A stretch of DNA of 64,000 nucleotides, taken from Candidatus Scalinduaceae bacterium (GTDB lineage Bacteria; Planctomycetota; Brocadiia; Brocadiales; Scalinduaceae). Positions 1 to 11,074 of this stretch are shown here, in pieces. Where the stretch lies: assembly GCA_046759445.1 (NCBI GenBank), contig JBHICG010000006.1, forward strand, positions 1-64,000. The letters run 5' to 3'. A program made the position numbers and the translations under genes. The stretch's first letter is position 1. Every line of letters begins with the position of its first letter. The notes beneath the pieces were generated by a model that did not search any database, was not told the DNA's origin, and worked only from the letters and a program-made list of their open reading frames with translations.

Positions 1-13
1 AGAGAAGTTCTCG

Positions 14-673
14 GTGTCAATGGTGAATCGAAAGAAAACAATGTACTATTTGAAACATATCTGGTTAAAGGCTCGTTATAGTTCCTTTTTCCACCTTATC
101 TTCGATGGGTTAGGAAGGATCGGTATTAGGATCAACCCTTACTATGTTGTTTTAGAAGGCTTATTCAACGGAAGTCTGCCACATTTAGAAACAGGTTTTG
201 ATGAATATGATATCGGTTTTTTAAGGCCGCAAGATATGAGGGCAATCTCTGCCATCCCTGGCAGAAATATATCTGAGGAAAAACTTCTGCTCAGATTAAA
301 AGAAGGCAAAAAATGTTTCGGTATTAAATACCGGGGAAAATTAGTTGCTTTTAGTTGGTGTGATCTAAATGAGTACACCATTGGAAGACATCGATTCTCA
401 CTAAAAGAAAATGAGGCATATTTAGTAGATGCTTATACCCTAATACCATTCAGGGGGAAGGGGATAGCTCCTTATATACGCTACCAATTATATAAGGAAC
501 TTGCTAAGTCAGGTAGAAACAAATTATATAGCATTTCTGAATGTGTTAATACCCCCTCGATAAGATTTAAAAAGAAGCTGAATGCTAAAGTAATTGAATT
601 AGATTTGTATGTCAGATTGTTTAAAAAGTGGCATTTTAATTCACGGCTTAGAAGGTATAGAGTAGAAATTTGA
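14..673 (+). CDS. GNAT-family N-acetyltransferase
   Basis: AYLVDAYTLIPFRGKGIA acetyl-CoA-binding motif A; start could be ATG at 20 or 41. Confidence 0.75.
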   Translation: MSMVNRKKTMYYLKHIWLKARYSSFFHLIFDGLGRIGIRINPYYVVLEGLFNGSLPHLETGFDEYDIGFLRPQDMRAISAIPGRNISEEKLLLRLKEGKKCFGIKYRGKLVAFSWCDLNEYTIGRHRFSLKENEAYLVDAYTLIPFRGKGIAPYIRYQLYKELAKSGRNKLYSISECVNTPSIRFKKKLNAKVIELDLYVRLFKKWHFNSRLRRYRVEI

Positions 674-677
674 AAAA

Positions 678-1823
678 ATGCATACGATAAAGATTGTTAA
701 TAGTATCAATGAGGTACATAAAGAAGAATGGGATGCGATGGTAGATGATAAAGTCTTTATAAGCTATGGATGGCTAAAGACGGTTGAAGAGACCTTTATC
801 GGTGATGTAAACTCGAAATATGTTCTTGTACAGGATTCCAAAAAGCTCATTGGGGCCTCCGTATGCTATATATTTGACGAAACAGACATCGTTTACAGCT
901 TGGACAACTTCATGTTCGGAAGATTTAAGAAATACGCGGCAAAAATGGGAATATCTTTTCTGCCTGCATTCATCTGCTGTCCGATGAGATGCTATGGAAA
1001 GCATTTTCTAATTGAAAAAGATGCTGATGCTGAAACGACAGGAATCATAATGGATGAAATTCTAGAGACGATAGAAGAGGAGGCATCAGAGCGTAAGCTT
1101 TCAGTTAGTCTTATCAATGTGATAGAAGACGAGATAGAACTCATCGAGCTTTTAAATAAAAGAGGGTATAACAAGACGTTGGGCTTTCCATTGAACTATC
1201 TGGATGTTGAATGGTCGTCATTCGAAGGATACAAGAAGCATGTAGGACGTATCAGCAAGAATACGAAAAAAAGTATCAAAAAGGAAATAAATAAAAACAG
1301 AAAAGAAGGAGTCATCATTAAACAGCTTGAAAACCTTGGTGGATACGAAGATCGGCTTTACGAATTGGTAAACAATAACTACTATAAACATAACCAAATC
1401 CTATTCCCGTTCAACAGAGAATTCTTCAAAAGACTAAAAGAGAATCTTGGGGAAGATGTCGTGACCTACATATCAGTGAAAAAAGAAAGACTAACAGGGA
1501 TGTCCCTCCTTCTCAAGAGAAATAAAGTCAGCTATTTTTCTGTTATCGGCATAGACCATGAAATGGCAGGTAATGATTTCACATATTTTAATTTGGGATA
1601 TTATAGGCCGATCATGGATGCTATATCAGATAAAACAACAAGGCTGTATGATGGGGCTGGGATGTACGAACTTAAGGCCAGAAGGGGTTTTAAGATCAGT
1701 GATACTTACATCTATTACAAGTCTTTCAATAGAATCAAAAACATTGCTCTAAAACCATGGTACGCTTTCCATTCAAAATGGTATGAATGCAAATTACCAA
1801 AAGGGGTAAGGAAAAGGGCATGA
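678..1823 (+). CDS. FemAB-like / GNAT-fold (amino)acyltransferase
   Basis: Double-GNAT size; YLDVEWSSFEGY, YFNLGYYRPI and GAGMYELKARRGF motifs. Confidence 0.7.
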   Translation: MHTIKIVNSINEVHKEEWDAMVDDKVFISYGWLKTVEETFIGDVNSKYVLVQDSKKLIGASVCYIFDETDIVYSLDNFMFGRFKKYAAKMGISFLPAFICCPMRCYGKHFLIEKDADAETTGIIMDEILETIEEEASERKLSVSLINVIEDEIELIELLNKRGYNKTLGFPLNYLDVEWSSFEGYKKHVGRISKNTKKSIKKEINKNRKEGVIIKQLENLGGYEDRLYELVNNNYYKHNQILFPFNREFFKRLKENLGEDVVTYISVKKERLTGMSLLLKRNKVSYFSVIGIDHEMAGNDFTYFNLGYYRPIMDAISDKTTRLYDGAGMYELKARRGFKISDTYIYYKSFNRIKNIALKPWYAFHSKWYECKLPKGVRKRA

Positions 1824-1873
1824 TCTGACAAAGTTGGCTACAGCGTTCAATACTATAACTATACGATTAAAAA

Positions 1874-3057
1874 ATGAAGGTATTGGTAACATGTGCAACC
1901 CGGAATTCGGGAATGGCTGTCATGAGATGCCTTGCAAGTAATGGCTGTAAAGTAATCGGAGCTGATGACAGGGAGCTTCCGCTAGAACTTCATTCTAGAT
2001 ATACAAAACCGTATTACCGTTACGTTGCGGCTGAAAGTGACAGTTTCTTGGACAGTATCATAGAGATAATAAAGAAAGAGAGACCAGATGTAACTTTACC
2101 CATGAATGGAGCAAAACAGTTCTCAAGGCATAGGAAAGAGATTGAAAAATATACCAAGCTACTTGTTCCAGACTATGAAAGCTTTATTATTGCCAACGAC
2201 AATAAGACGACAATCGAAGAATGGGAAAAAATAGATATTCCCTGTCCAAAAATACTGACAGAAAAAGAAGCAATAATGGAGCTCAACAAGAATATAGATA
2301 GAAATGCTTCAGTAAAGGTTGTAATAAAACCAAGAAAGGAAATTGGCGGGGCACAGGGTCTCAGCATAGTAAAGGACGCAACATCACTCAAAAGGGCTAT
2401 AGATAAAACTGAGAAGATTTATGGCGCAACTGTAATTGAGGAGTATATACCTGAAATACGGAGAATATGAGGACACTTAATCTCATATTTGATAAAAAAG
2501 GCAAACTTGCTGCATACTTCACTACAAAAAAGATAAGACAGTGGCCGATCACGGGTGGCATAAGTGCTCTAAGTATTAGCACAAATGAATGGAAACTCGT
2601 TGAAATGGTGCTCCCCTTTTTTGAGAAATGGCGATGGGAGGGACCAGCAGAGGTTGAGATAAAGATAGACTCAAGGGACAACAAACCAAAGTTGATAGAG
2701 ATCAACCCAAGATTCTGGGGCTACATTGGATTCCCTATAAGATGTGGTGTAAACTTTCCGATGATTGCTTGTAAATTGGCGCAGGGACACAAAGCGCAAC
2801 ATAGAGAATATCTAAAATATCCGGTAGGCATTAAATATATTAATCCTTCTGCTTATATAAAAGTGATAATGCAGGACATTATTAATAGTAAAAACAAGAT
2901 AAATGTGATACCCAGGGTATTGACCGAACTTAAAGGGAAAAAGGTAAGCAACAATGTACAGCTTAGTGATCCCTTGCCTATAATCGGAAAAATGCTCTTA
3001 GAGCTCAAATCAGGAATAAAAAGCCCAGCTTTTTTATTCAGCAAAGCTGGGCAATAA
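1874..3057 (+). pseudogene. ATP-grasp carboxylate-amine ligase split by a 1-nt frameshift (ORFs 1874-2470 and 2467-3057)
   Basis: VIKP and EEYIP in the first ORF, LIEINPRFWG in the second; adding one base at about 2454 restores EEYIPGNTENMRTL. Confidence 0.8.
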
Positions 3058-3221
3058 TTATCTGTCTAAAAACATATTAAAATACCATAAACAGCAAAAG
3101 GAAAAAAAAGTATAAGACAGCGGAAGATTCTGCAGAAGATAAAAACGATTGAGTCTTCAACTTTGTGTTTTTCGTTGTCTTAATTGTTACCAGAATTTTT
3201 TGTTAGGATACGACTATAGCT

Positions 3222-4511
3222 ATGTTTAAAAACAAATATTTTAATTTACTATGGCTTATGAGGAACGAAAGGCATTCCCTGGATGAATTAATAAGTATTC
3301 AAAATATTAAATTAAGACACTTGATTAAACATGCCTATGAAAATGTCAGATTTTATAGAGACATATTCCAAGAAATCGGATTGCATCCTGAAGACATAAA
3401 ATCAGTAGATGATATTCATAAAATTCCCATAATAGATAAGAATGATTTTCACCAGAGACCTTATTCTGATTTGTTGGACAAGAGGATAAAAAACAAGGAG
3501 AGACTTATTCCCATTAATACTTCCGGTTCGAGCGGTTCACAGTTGAAATTTTATATAGACCATAATTATGACCAATTCAGAAAGGCTCAATACCTTCGTC
3601 CCTATTTGACTAATGGCCGCAGATTGTCAGACATGGTAGTCTGGCTTAGAGCATATGATGCACCAAAAAAGAAATGGTTTCAACGATTAAGTTTAATGAG
3701 AGAACATAGGGTTTATTCTGGTTTAAACCTCGACAACCAGATTAAGATTATAAAGGAAATGAAGCCTGCTATTTTACAAGGTTATGGTTCAGTACTTGCT
3801 CTTTTAGCATCAAAGATATTGGAGTATGATATCCCTATTCACACTCCTCGAATTATCTTTACAGACTCAGAGCTTTTAACTGAAGAGATGCGACAAAAAA
3901 TAGAAAAAGTTTTTAATGCTGAGGTAATAGATATATATGGAACTTATGAGACAGATAATATAGGTTACGAATGCAGCAAGCATGAGGGTTATCATATTGC
4001 TACTGACTGTGTAATAATGGAATTTATAAAAGATGGTAAAAGAGCTAGACCAAATGAGGAGGGAGAGATAGTTTGTACTGTCCTGGATAATTTTGCTATG
4101 CCCTTTATAAGATATAACCTGCATGATATAGGAAGTTACACCCTTAAACCATGTTCCTGTGGGCGATCCTTCCTCCTTATGGATAAGATAGCCGGACGTT
4201 CTAATGATTATTTAGTACATGAAAACGGTCTTAAAAAATCTCCTTTTACTTTTATTCGGCGTTTCAAACATTTATCAAATTCTATGCGTGAGTATCAGAT
4301 GATCCAGGAAGATATAAATTTATTCAAAATTCTAGTAGTTCCTGGACATGAGTTCAATTGTAAAACAGAGCAAAATGTTAGAGAGAACACATGGAAAGAA
4401 TTCCCTAAGGCTCAAATTAACATTAAAATAGTCAAAAAAATAGACCGAGATAAGTCTGGGAAGTTTCGGGCATTCATTTCAAATGTAAAAGATAAGTCTG
4501 CAAGTAATTAA
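3222..4511 (+). CDS. Phenylacetate-CoA ligase-like / CapK-family adenylate-forming enzyme
   Basis: TSGSSG P-loop, YGTYE, MPFIRYNLHD, CSCGR, SGKFR. Confidence 0.85.
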   Translation: MFKNKYFNLLWLMRNERHSLDELISIQNIKLRHLIKHAYENVRFYRDIFQEIGLHPEDIKSVDDIHKIPIIDKNDFHQRPYSDLLDKRIKNKERLIPINTSGSSGSQLKFYIDHNYDQFRKAQYLRPYLTNGRRLSDMVVWLRAYDAPKKKWFQRLSLMREHRVYSGLNLDNQIKIIKEMKPAILQGYGSVLALLASKILEYDIPIHTPRIIFTDSELLTEEMRQKIEKVFNAEVIDIYGTYETDNIGYECSKHEGYHIATDCVIMEFIKDGKRARPNEEGEIVCTVLDNFAMPFIRYNLHDIGSYTLKPCSCGRSFLLMDKIAGRSNDYLVHENGLKKSPFTFIRRFKHLSNSMREYQMIQEDINLFKILVVPGHEFNCKTEQNVRENTWKEFPKAQINIKIVKKIDRDKSGKFRAFISNVKDKSASN

Positions 4512-4626
4512 CCTGCAAAAGGCATTAATCTATGAATTTCCACGAATAAACTCAAATTAAAAAAGTTAGGAGTTAAAGGGACATAAGATATTGTGAAATT
4601 GTCTCGAGAAGTAATTTCTTATAATC

Positions 4627-5400
4627 ATGAACAATAAAAAGATAATTGGAATTGTAGGGGGAGTAGGTCCCTATGCAAGTGTTGACCTGACCAGAAAGAT
4701 CTTTGATCAAACCAATGCAAAGAGTGACCAAGATCATTTATCTATTGCTCTTTTATCTATTCCAAAAGAAATAGAAGATAGAACATCATACCTTTTAGGC
4801 CAAACAAGCATCAATCCGGCTTATGCGTTATTTAAAATCATTAGGAAATTAGAAGATATGGGGGCTGGTGTTGTGGCAATCCCATGTAATACGGTGCATT
4901 GTCCTGAGATCTTTGATGTTATAGTTAAAAATCTAGAGAAAGCAAACAGCAGTATCATCCTCCTTCATATGATTAATAAAGTCGCAGAATTTATTAGAAT
5001 AAACCATCCTCAGATTAGAAATGTTGGAGTGTTATGTACAACTGGTACATATAAAACAAAGGTATATTCTAATATTCTTGAACAAAAAGGAATTAATGTG
5101 ATTTTTCCCGATGAAGTTTTGCAAGATTCTATACATACCGCCATTTATGATCCAGGATATGGGATAAAAGCTCAATCAAATCCCGTTACAGAATTTGCAA
5201 AGAGAAAATTAACGGAGGCCTTAAATTACTTACAAAAAGAAGGAGCTGAAGCAATAGTCTTAGGTTGCACAGAGATACCTATCGCAATTACTAATAAAAA
5301 AATAGGAGAAACAATGATAATAGATCCCACCTTAATTCTTGCGAGGGCATTAATAAGAGAACTCAATCCAAATAAACTTAAACATTATGCAGATAAATAA
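4627..5400 (+). CDS. Aspartate/glutamate racemase family, probably aspartate racemase
   Basis: IGIVGGVGP, PCNT and LGCTE catalytic Cys motifs. Confidence 0.9.
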   Translation: MNNKKIIGIVGGVGPYASVDLTRKIFDQTNAKSDQDHLSIALLSIPKEIEDRTSYLLGQTSINPAYALFKIIRKLEDMGAGVVAIPCNTVHCPEIFDVIVKNLEKANSSIILLHMINKVAEFIRINHPQIRNVGVLCTTGTYKTKVYSNILEQKGINVIFPDEVLQDSIHTAIYDPGYGIKAQSNPVTEFAKRKLTEALNYLQKEGAEAIVLGCTEIPIAITNKKIGETMIIDPTLILARALIRELNPNKLKHYADK

Positions 5401-5750
5401 TAAAACATGATATCTATTAAAATAATATCTGGTTTCACTTTCGTTTGTTTCTTCGATAGCAACGAAAATATGCTAAGACTTTTATATAAATATAATATGT
5501 TGTATCTATATAAGAAAAGAATTGCTACAACGTTAGCAGGTCTAGCATTAGCCAGAAAGTTTAAAGTTTAAGTTCGTGATGCTTGATAGCGACAAGTATC
5601 ATTGTGCATATACGAGATACTTCACGATTTATCGTACTATCTATAAGTGTTTTACATCGTTAACTTTTAATACTACAAGGAATTAGAACAACAAAGTGCT
5701 GGTAGATTCAGATTCGTGATGTTACCGTGTATGCAGAGAGAGGAACATGT

Positions 5751-7025
5751 ATGATTGTTAAGGCCATTAGACTTAGAAGATTATTTCAAAATCGCAAACT
5801 GCCCCTTGATGATTTGAAAACATTAAGGAATCGAAAGCTTCGGGCAGTGATTAGCCACGCTTATGAGAATGTACCTTACTATCGCTCACTTTTCAATTCA
5901 GCAGGGCTTTCTCCTGAGGATATCCGTACAGTAGAAGATCTAAGATATGTACCAATAACTACAAAAGACGATCTAAAGGCCGTAGGGGTAGAGAACAGCA
6001 TTTCTAAGGGGACCGACGTTTCTTCTTGCCTGAGAGTAAATACAAGTGGAAGTACGGGGAAGCCTTTTACCGTCTACCTAACACAAGGTGAGGCTAGAAT
6101 TCATCGACTAATTGCATTTCGGACGCTTATATCAATGGGATTTCAACGTCGAGATCGGCTTGCAATACTCGGACCCATATTTCCGCATCGATCACGTCTT
6201 TTTCAACACCTAGGATTTTACCGGATTGAGCACATCATGCCATTTCTTTCGCCTGAGGAACAGATCAAGCGTTTGCAAAGAATGAGCCCCACATTGTTAT
6301 GGGCTTACCCAACCGTGCTTAAGACTCTACTACGTAGAGTAAATTATCGCCTGAGCAAGTTCGTTGCTCCAAGGGCGCTGATTTACTCAGCGGAGGTCTT
6401 TGATGAAGTAACAAAGGAAAGAATCCGTGCCGATCGTTATATGGAGATGTTCAACTTCTATGGTGCAATAGAGGCAGGACGAATCGCTGCGGAGTGTCAG
6501 GCACACGAAGGCCTCCATGTGAATGCGGATAATGTGATTTTGGAATGTCTTAACGGTGATAGGCCTGCTAAAGCTGGAACGCCGGGTTCTGCTGTAATTA
6601 CTACGTTAAATGCTTTTGCCATGCCATTAATCCGCTACCGTCTCGGAGACATTTGTACGTTTCTTGAAAAGACATGCTCCTGCGGTTCATCTTTTCCTCT
6701 CATCGGTCCACCTATTGGAAGGGAATCGGATATGATAAGACTTCCCAGCGGGAAGATCTTATCCCCGTTTGTATTTAGTCATTTCTTACGTAACATAGGC
6801 ATGATCACTCAGTTCCGCATAATCCAGGAAAGTTACGATAAATTAGTATTGCAACTTGCATTCCATGAAAATCCAAAACAGGAACTGTTAAAGAAAATTC
6901 TGTCTAAGTGTTTGATGTATTTGAATGAATCTGTCATACTTGACATTAAGATTGTGGATTATATTCAGGAAGAAAAGCAGAAATTCAGGTACTTCATTTC
7001 AAAGTTACCCAAATCGCATTTCTAA
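5751..7025 (+). CDS. Second CapK-family / phenylacetate-CoA ligase-like protein
   Basis: TSGSTGKP, YGAIE, MPLIRYRLGD, CSCG; ATG 5751 follows GAGGAA. Confidence 0.85.
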   Translation: MIVKAIRLRRLFQNRKLPLDDLKTLRNRKLRAVISHAYENVPYYRSLFNSAGLSPEDIRTVEDLRYVPITTKDDLKAVGVENSISKGTDVSSCLRVNTSGSTGKPFTVYLTQGEARIHRLIAFRTLISMGFQRRDRLAILGPIFPHRSRLFQHLGFYRIEHIMPFLSPEEQIKRLQRMSPTLLWAYPTVLKTLLRRVNYRLSKFVAPRALIYSAEVFDEVTKERIRADRYMEMFNFYGAIEAGRIAAECQAHEGLHVNADNVILECLNGDRPAKAGTPGSAVITTLNAFAMPLIRYRLGDICTFLEKTCSCGSSFPLIGPPIGRESDMIRLPSGKILSPFVFSHFLRNIGMITQFRIIQESYDKLVLQLAFHENPKQELLKKILSKCLMYLNESVILDIKIVDYIQEEKQKFRYFISKLPKSHF

Positions 7026-7138
7026 TTAATTCAGATTATTAATGAGTTAGTAATCATGTGTATTTGATTTATTAAGTGAAAAGAGTTAAACCCTATATTA
7101 GTGATCATTTGCTAATAAGAATTTTGTAAAAATAGTCA

Positions 7139-8572
7139 ATGAAGACAGAAAGATCAATAATAAGAAACACAGCATTTTTAAGTGCGGGTAAAAGCCTGGG
7201 TGATTTATGTACTTTCTTTTTTTTGGTTTATTTTGCGAGGATTTTTGGTACAGACATCCTTGGAAAATATGCTTTTGCTATGTCTCTTGGTGGATTGCTA
7301 ACTGTACTAATCAATCTTGGACTAAACACCCTCATGGTACGTGAAGTAAGCAAGGATAAGGACCAAAATTCAAAATACATGGGTAATCTATTGGTCACCC
7401 AGGGTATATTGGCAATTCTGATCTGGTTTGTTATCGGACTAATATCACTGTTTTCTAATTTTAGCAGCGACACAAAACTAATTTTAGTCTTAATAAGTAG
7501 TTACCATGTCTTCTATAAATTTACGATGTTGTTCCGAGCTGAATTTAGAGCACATGAAGAAATGCAGTATTCTGCCTTTTTAGAAATTTCTCACAAAGTG
7601 ATAATTCTCTTATTGGGAATATTCAGTATTATTATCTGGAAAAACCCTATCATTACTCTAACAGTTTATCCGTTTAGCGCCTTCAGTATGTGTATCTTAG
7701 GATTTATCATTTCCGTATCAAAGTATGGCTGGCCGGACCTAAAGGTTGACTATGTTTTTATTAAGAATTCACTCGTTAAAGCCGTACCTTTTTTTATTAT
7801 AATGATACTAGCACAATTTTATGACCGCATAGGTATAATTCTCCTAGCATACTTTAAAGAAGAAACAGAAGTGGGAATCTTTTCAGCAGCCGACCGTTTA
7901 TTGGTAACCATAGCGTCGGGTGTAGCCATATTTGGAACTGTTATATTTCCCGTTATGTCCAGACTTTTTGCAGAATCCAAATATGAACTGTTTAAACTCT
8001 ATGAAAGATCGGTTCGCTTAATGATTATAGTATTACTTCCCTTGTCTACGATAATTTTTCTCCTAAGCAAGCAAATAATATTAACCTTTTTTGGTGACAA
8101 ATTTATAGAATCCACACCCGTATTACAAATACTTACCTGGACTCTTTTATTTTTTGGTTTGAATTGCATCTTGGCTAATCTGCTCGTTGTGACCAACCAC
8201 CAAAACCGATTAGTCAAGATACGTATTCCCATATACTTGGGATATTTCGCAGTTAATTTGGCGTTAATACATAAATATAGTTTTATAGGATTAGCTTGGG
8301 CAAAGCTTTTTGCAGAAACTTTTATATTTTTAACTGCTTACTTTTATGTTTCCAGGATAATTCACAATATCCATATTATTAAAAATGCTGCTGCTCCAAT
8401 AATGTCATGTCTATTAACTGCATTGGTTTTTTATTTGATGGATAATATAAATTTATGGTTAAAAGTTTCTTCCTCTTTAATTGTGTGTGTTTCCACAATG
8501 TTTATTTTAAAAGGAATTGAAATACATGATCTTGTGTTTATGAAAAGAATATTATTAAGCAAGGAGGGTTAA
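7139..8572 (+). CDS. Wzx-type polysaccharide flippase (MOP superfamily)
   Basis: Highly hydrophobic 477 aa; IIRNTAFL, LGL..LMVREV, EVGIFSAA motifs. Confidence 0.85.
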   Translation: MKTERSIIRNTAFLSAGKSLGDLCTFFFLVYFARIFGTDILGKYAFAMSLGGLLTVLINLGLNTLMVREVSKDKDQNSKYMGNLLVTQGILAILIWFVIGLISLFSNFSSDTKLILVLISSYHVFYKFTMLFRAEFRAHEEMQYSAFLEISHKVIILLLGIFSIIIWKNPIITLTVYPFSAFSMCILGFIISVSKYGWPDLKVDYVFIKNSLVKAVPFFIIMILAQFYDRIGIILLAYFKEETEVGIFSAADRLLVTIASGVAIFGTVIFPVMSRLFAESKYELFKLYERSVRLMIIVLLPLSTIIFLLSKQIILTFFGDKFIESTPVLQILTWTLLFFGLNCILANLLVVTNHQNRLVKIRIPIYLGYFAVNLALIHKYSFIGLAWAKLFAETFIFLTAYFYVSRIIHNIHIIKNAAAPIMSCLLTALVFYLMDNINLWLKVSSSLIVCVSTMFILKGIEIHDLVFMKRILLSKEG

Positions 8573-9102
8573 ATCTTCAATATTGTATACCGAAAAAAGT
8601 GTGCCTATTTAGGAAGTTCATTGCCAGGTCAATATATTTCTGCTAGCAATAAAGATCAGGGAAAAATATTTCTTTATGCTTATATTTTTAATGATGAGTC
8701 ATATTTTAATTGTGGGTGTTGATTTTGACATCTTTGACACATAATGTCAAAGCGTAAATTATCCATTGCAGTTTTCGCTACTTTAAGTATTTTTTGCCTA
8801 ACCGTAATTATAGTTTTTGTTGCAAGGCCTGACGCCTTCGTTCTTAACGTTGTTACATGTTTAATCAAATCACACCAGCAGAGAAAATAATATATAAGAA
8901 AGAAAGGAATGTATTTCTTGAGTCATTAAATGAGGGAATTTGCTAATTTCTAACTTGATGGATTTCATCTGCGTATGCCTGCCCGGTTAGATCATACCAG
9001 ACAGGCGATTCACAGACTGATAGCAGGGACGGGAAGTACATCTTTGTCTAGATCTCTATCCACTATGGTATGTTATAGATATTTTGATATATTTTGATTA
9101 AC

Positions 9103-9492
9103 TTATCCTTCAGACGCCGTGAACCCTACCTTTTCAACTGCTTCAATAAGTTTTTCTTTATTTGTCTTTCCCTTTTCAACCTCCACAACAGCCTTACCAT
9201 CTTTATGGTTTACCTGTGCATTCTTGACTCCCTCACAATTGGCCAATGCGCCCTTTACCTTATTTGCACAACCACCACATGTCATACCTTTTACGTTTAA
9301 GACCACCTCTTTAGTATTACTAGATTCTGTTGCAGATACCTGCTTGATCTTTGTAACTGCACATTCCTCTCCAGGACAGGGCTCATTACAACATGATTTA
9401 TCATGTATTATCGGGCATGCCTGAACAGCAGAAAAAGATAGAATTAATATTGCAGCAAACAAAACACAACTCAATTTTAAATACTTAAACAT
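9103..9492 (-). CDS. Exported heavy-metal-associated (HMA) domain protein, MerP/CopZ-like
   Basis: Signal peptide, Cys-rich N-terminus, GMTCGGC motif. Confidence 0.85.
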   Translation of the reverse strand: MFKYLKLSCVLFAAILILSFSAVQACPIIHDKSCCNEPCPGEECAVTKIKQVSATESSNTKEVVLNVKGMTCGGCANKVKGALANCEGVKNAQVNHKDGKAVVEVEKGKTNKEKLIEAVEKVGFTASEG

Positions 9493-9544
9493 CTTACAAC
9501 CCCTTTCCTATAAAAAATTTTTAATACTTGTAAATTTCAACATT

Positions 9545-9582
9545 GAGATTCTTCAGTCGCTTTAGCTTCCTTCAGAATGACA
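9545..9582. repeat. REP-like short palindromic element (GAGATTCTTC...CAGAATGACA)
   Basis: Imperfect palindrome; its TGTCATTCTG end (minus strand) resembles the TGTCATCCTG end at 58667. Confidence 0.5.
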
Positions 9583-9596
9583 AAATAACATCATTT

Positions 9597-10124
9597 TTAT
9601 TTTGCAACCTTATATGCGATTAGGTTGACTACCTCAATTTGATATGTCTTGTTAAGATCCTGACACCCTATCGCTGCACGTGTCGGCGAACACTTAATAT
9701 ATTTCCTATAAACGTCATTCATCTGTCCCCAGTAATCAATGTTCTTCATAAAGATAAGGGCATTAACGATCCTATCCATGTTAGTGCCAGCCTTTTTCAA
9801 TGCATTCTTTATGTTTTCAAACACCAGCTTGAATTGCCCTTTAGGATCTAGTGTGGGGACTTCACCACTTGCATCAACGGGTATAAATCCTCCACAACAT
9901 ATTTTTATTGCCTTAATCTTCTGAAGACGGGCAACATCCTCCTCGAACCAATCGCACATCAATCCTACCTGTCTGGCAGGTTGTTTTCCTCCAACCTTTC
10001 TCCCGTCTGCAAGAATTAAATCAAGAAGTTTGTCCCGTACTGCAAACGGAAGCTTTTGAGCTTCGTCTATAGACGTCTTATCTAAATCTTTTAGAGTATA
10101 ATTTTTCTTTACTGTTCTTGCCAT
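9597..10124 (-). CDS. RidA/YjgF-family protein with N-terminal extension
   Basis: NIKNALKKAG, MNDVY, PTR (catalytic Arg), IEV. Confidence 0.8.
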   Translation of the reverse strand: MARTVKKNYTLKDLDKTSIDEAQKLPFAVRDKLLDLILADGRKVGGKQPARQVGLMCDWFEEDVARLQKIKAIKICCGGFIPVDASGEVPTLDPKGQFKLVFENIKNALKKAGTNMDRIVNALIFMKNIDYWGQMNDVYRKYIKCSPTRAAIGCQDLNKTYQIEVVNLIAYKVAK

Positions 10125-11074
10125 TAGATTCTCCTTTCTTCCAAAATATCTGATATATTCTCCAAATCATCATCAGGAATTTCCCATCCAACAGCGCATA
10201 TATTTTGTTCAACCTGTTCTGGATTTTTTACTCCAACAAGGGCAGCGGCTATTCCTTTCTGATGAATCAACCAGTTTACGGCCAATTGAGCCGTAGTCTT
10301 ACCTAGTTTTTGCGCAATCTTTGTAATTTCTTGGACCTTTCTAACATGAGACCTAAACACATCACCTGTAAAATGACCAATAATTTCCTGACCACGCCAA
10401 TCCTCAAATTTGGTGCTTTCATCATACTTGCCTGTCAACACACCCGAAGCAAGCGGACTGTAGCAAATAACACCTATATTTTTCTTTATACAAAATGGGA
10501 GAATCTCGTTCTCTACATCTCTCTCCAGCATACTATACATTGGCTGAATGGAAACTATTTGACCGTATTTAAGGCTTTCTTTTATCTCGTCAACTGAGTA
10601 GTTGCTAACACCTATATGCCTAATCTTTCCTGTCTTTTGGATATTCAAAAGGGTATCCATTGTCTCCTCAATAGGTGTGTTTTCATCTGGCCAGTGTACC
10701 TGATACAAATCGACATAATCTGTCTGTAATCTCTGCAGGCTTAAGTCTATTTCCTGTAAGATAGATTCTCTGGTAGCCCTTTTCTCAATAGCTCCTATCT
10801 CTTCTTTTTCCCATCGTAAACCACATTTGGTTGCGATTACAACCTCTTTGCGTTTTCGACGTAATGCCTTCCCTAACAATTTTTCAGAATGGCCAAAGCC
10901 ATATACGGGGGCTGTATCGTAAAAGTTTATTCCCAGATCGAATGCCTTCTCAATAGAACTAATAGATAATTCATCACCTTCAGCTTTCCAGAACGGTTCT
11001 CCTCCTATTCCCCAGGCCCCGTAACCAATCACAGAAACATTTAAATCACTTTTTCCTAGAATCCTATATTCCAT
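10124..11074 (-). CDS. Aldo/keto reductase
   Basis: DTAPVYGFGHSE, IATKCG, DLYQVHWPD, IGVSN, YSPLASG. Confidence 0.95.
   Translation of the reverse strand: MEYRILGKSDLNVSVIGYGAWGIGGEPFWKAEGDELSISSIEKAFDLGINFYDTAPVYGFGHSEKLLGKALRRKRKEVVIATKCGLRWEKEEIGAIEKRATRESILQEIDLSLQRLQTDYVDLYQVHWPDENTPIEETMDTLLNIQKTGKIRHIGVSNYSVDEIKESLKYGQIVSIQPMYSMLERDVENEILPFCIKKNIGVICYSPLASGVLTGKYDESTKFEDWRGQEIIGHFTGDVFRSHVRKVQEITKIAQKLGKTTAQLAVNWLIHQKGIAAALVGVKNPEQVEQNICAVGWEIPDDDLENISDILEERRI

Noticed and set aside
5520..5690. Possible degraded ATP-grasp N-terminus (TLAGLALARKF / MLDSDKYH)
   Set aside because: Similarity too weak to support by eye
8744..8890. 48-aa hydrophobic ORF (MSKRKLSIAVF...)
   Set aside because: No clear RBS or recognisable family; may be a gene fragment
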